Of a stretch of 64,000 nt of DNA, positions 62,203 through 64,000 are shown piece after piece (position 1 is the first letter of the stretch; the number at the start of each line of letters is the position of its first letter). The translations under genes were made by a program, and so were the position numbers. The stretch is from Deferribacterales bacterium. GTDB lineage: Bacteria > Chrysiogenota > Deferribacteres > Deferribacterales > Geovibrionaceae. The stretch is from contig JBFWJS010000001.1 in assembly GCA_050253075.1 (NCBI GenBank), positions 128,001 to 192,000 on the forward strand. Reading direction: 5' to 3'. The notes under the pieces are model-generated. The model worked only from the letters and a program-made list of their open reading frames with translations. It was not told the origin of the DNA and did not search any database.

Positions 62203-62613
62203 ATGAACACTGATTACATAAAAGATGTTGAGCTGCTGAAGCAGTTCTCTGTGATGCATGTTGAGGACGACACCAGCGTAAGGGAGAGCCTTATGCGTTT
62301 CCTCAAGAGACGCTTCGACAGCATTTACTCCGCAAAAGACGGCGCAGAGGGGCTGGAGCTATATATTCAGCACAAACCCGACATAGTAATAACAGACATC
62401 CAGATGCCTGTTATGGACGGTGTGGAGATGTCCCGCCGTATCAAAGAGCTGAATCCCGACGCTCTCATAATCGTCACCACCGCATTCAACGAAAAGCCTT
62501 ATATGCAGAAAACTCATGAGATCGGCATCACCGATTATCTGAAAAAGCCCGTCGTTAAAGACGACCTTATGCAGGCTCTCCGCAGATGCGCAGAAGTCCT
62601 TCTTAAGAAATAA
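62203..62613 (+). CDS. Single-domain response regulator
   Basis: VEDD, TDIQMP, TTA, KP. Confidence 0.92.
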   Translation: MNTDYIKDVELLKQFSVMHVEDDTSVRESLMRFLKRRFDSIYSAKDGAEGLELYIQHKPDIVITDIQMPVMDGVEMSRRIKELNPDALIIVTTAFNEKPYMQKTHEIGITDYLKKPVVKDDLMQALRRCAEVLLKK

Positions 62614-62634
62614 CCAACGCCAACCAACCCCAGA

Positions 62635-62835
62635 TCAACCGCCGCCTACGAATCTGATGAGTTCTATGGTGTCGCCGTCGGCAGTCTTTATCTTTCCGTA
62701 TTCGGATTTATCAGGCAGGTCGCCGTTTATCTCAACGACCACCGTCTCTCTGTTCATATCATATTTTTCTATCAGGTCGTTCAGAGTGAGAGCCTTTTCC
62801 AGCTCTACCTGTTCTCCGTTTAGCTGTATCTTCAT
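62635..62835 (-). CDS. thiS: Sulfur carrier protein ThiS
   Basis: 66 aa, LNGE, C-terminal FVGGG. Confidence 0.93.
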   Translation of the reverse strand: MKIQLNGEQVELEKALTLNDLIEKYDMNRETVVVEINGDLPDKSEYGKIKTADGDTIELIRFVGGG

Positions 62836-63645
62836 CTAATCCTCCAGTATTCCCTTTAAAACGTGTCTGACGGCGAGGTTCGCCTGTATCCCTGCGGCGA
62901 TAGTCACCCTTGTGGACATCAGCCCTCTGCCTATCTTCGCCTCGGCGACAAAGTCACCGACCAGCTGAACATTCTTCCCTGCTTTAACAACACGAAAGCT
63001 CTCGTGAGAGCCGAGCCCCGCCACACCCGAAGCACCTACGATAAGCGCATCAGAGTACAGCTTCGAGACCTCCATGATGAACATAGCCTTCGTCTCTGCA
63101 TTGTCGAATGCCTCTATGATGACATCGCATCCGTCGAAGAGCCCCTTGACGTTCTCTCTGGTGAGAAACAGGTCTTTCATCTCATATTTAATGTATGGGT
63201 TCACCCTTTGCAGGTTTGCGTGGGTGGCGTCAGTCTTTCTCATCCCTATCTGGTCTATATAGTACTGCTGACGGTTTATATTTGACGGGATTATCACGTC
63301 ATAGTCTATCAGCAGGAGCTCGCCGACACCCATCCTTGCCAGAGCAAGGGCGATGTTTGAGCCGAGCCCGCCGAGCCCGCAAACAGCCATGCGGCACTGT
63401 TTCATTCTGTCTGCAACCTTTGGCGTGTGGCGTGCTGTTATGAGGTACTGCATCTCATCCGCATCGGGTATCTCGCCCTTTTTGATAAGATATAATACAT
63501 CCCCCGACTCCAGCTCTGTGTCAGGCTTAACTATGTGTCCGTTAAGGATTATAATGTCCGTGTCGGGTTTGTGGTCACGCACTATGTCAGCGGCCTTTGC
63601 CTCTGCCCTTGCTTTCACTTCCTTTTCATTTACTCGGATTATCAA
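62836..63645 (-). CDS. thiF: ThiS adenylyltransferase ThiF with an N-terminal ThiS-like domain
   Basis: GLGGLGS, SNINRQ, EAFDNAETK; N-terminal ubiquitin-like IILNG segment. Confidence 0.9.
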   Translation of the reverse strand: MIIRVNEKEVKARAEAKAADIVRDHKPDTDIIILNGHIVKPDTELESGDVLYLIKKGEIPDADEMQYLITARHTPKVADRMKQCRMAVCGLGGLGSNIALALARMGVGELLLIDYDVIIPSNINRQQYYIDQIGMRKTDATHANLQRVNPYIKYEMKDLFLTRENVKGLFDGCDVIIEAFDNAETKAMFIMEVSKLYSDALIVGASGVAGLGSHESFRVVKAGKNVQLVGDFVAEAKIGRGLMSTRVTIAAGIQANLAVRHVLKGILED

Positions 63646-64000
63646 TTTTCAGGTCTCCCGTTTCGTATAACAAATAAGTGTTTTCGTCTGCACATCTGTT
63701 TTTATATAAAATGTGCACTCGGTCTTCGTCACAGCCGTATGTGTTCGATCTCGTATGATATACCGCTTTACAGCTTTCATCAAGACTGTTGACACACACC
63801 CAGCCGTAGTCCTCCGACACCTCTCCGACCGGTATAAATATATTCTCTCCGCCGTAAATGTCTATAGTCCCGGTGTCTGCCCTCTTCACCCCTATCTCCG
63901 CCAGATAAGGGAGAAAGCCGTAGACGAAATCTCCGTGATGCCCTTTATAGAACACATGCACCCTGTCGTCCACAACTACAAATCCCTTAGAGCGTCCCAG
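63626..64000 (-). CDS. 3' end of an unidentified gene entering from beyond the window
   Basis: Frame open from 64000 (LGRSKGFVVVDDRVHV...) to a stop at 63626 overlapping thiF. Confidence 0.55.
   Translation of the reverse strand: MGRSKGFVVVDDRVHVFYKGHHGDFVYGFLPYLAEIGVKRADTGTIDIYGGENIFIPVGEVSEDYGWVCVNSLDESCKAVYHTRSNTYGCDEDRVHILYKNRCADENTYLLYETGDLKIDNPSK

Overview
Mostly core chromosome of an anaerobic Gram-negative, nitrate-respiring bacterium. The gene set (napM-A-D-G-H without napB, K+-dependent membrane PPase, split glutamate synthase, lpxK) suggests Deferribacterota (Denitrovibrio/Geovibrio-like), but that is an inference. Most genes from ~16.7 kb onward lie on the minus strand. Contents: a three-gene, unusually partitioned glutamate-synthase-like operon (1-5623; its 907-codon gene is missing from the ORF track because it runs off the left edge); a 1.4-kb AT-rich islet with two small divergent genes flanked by two candidate sRNAs (5720-7005); lpxK, dnaX with an A10 slippage candidate, a nap operon with a Crp/Fnr regulator, guaAB, split nadE, hppA, pth-prs-ispE, accBC-efp, aroQ/B/K, rph-rdgB, mnmH with LysR, a compact PglB/STT3-like gene, pepA, initiator tRNA-Met, glgA and thiFS. 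At least nine intergenic GTCA/CGTC-type palindromic repeats and two ~121-bp RPE-like elements are scattered through it. I found no CRISPR array, transposase or intact prophage. All calls come from reading motifs by eye; no database searches were run.
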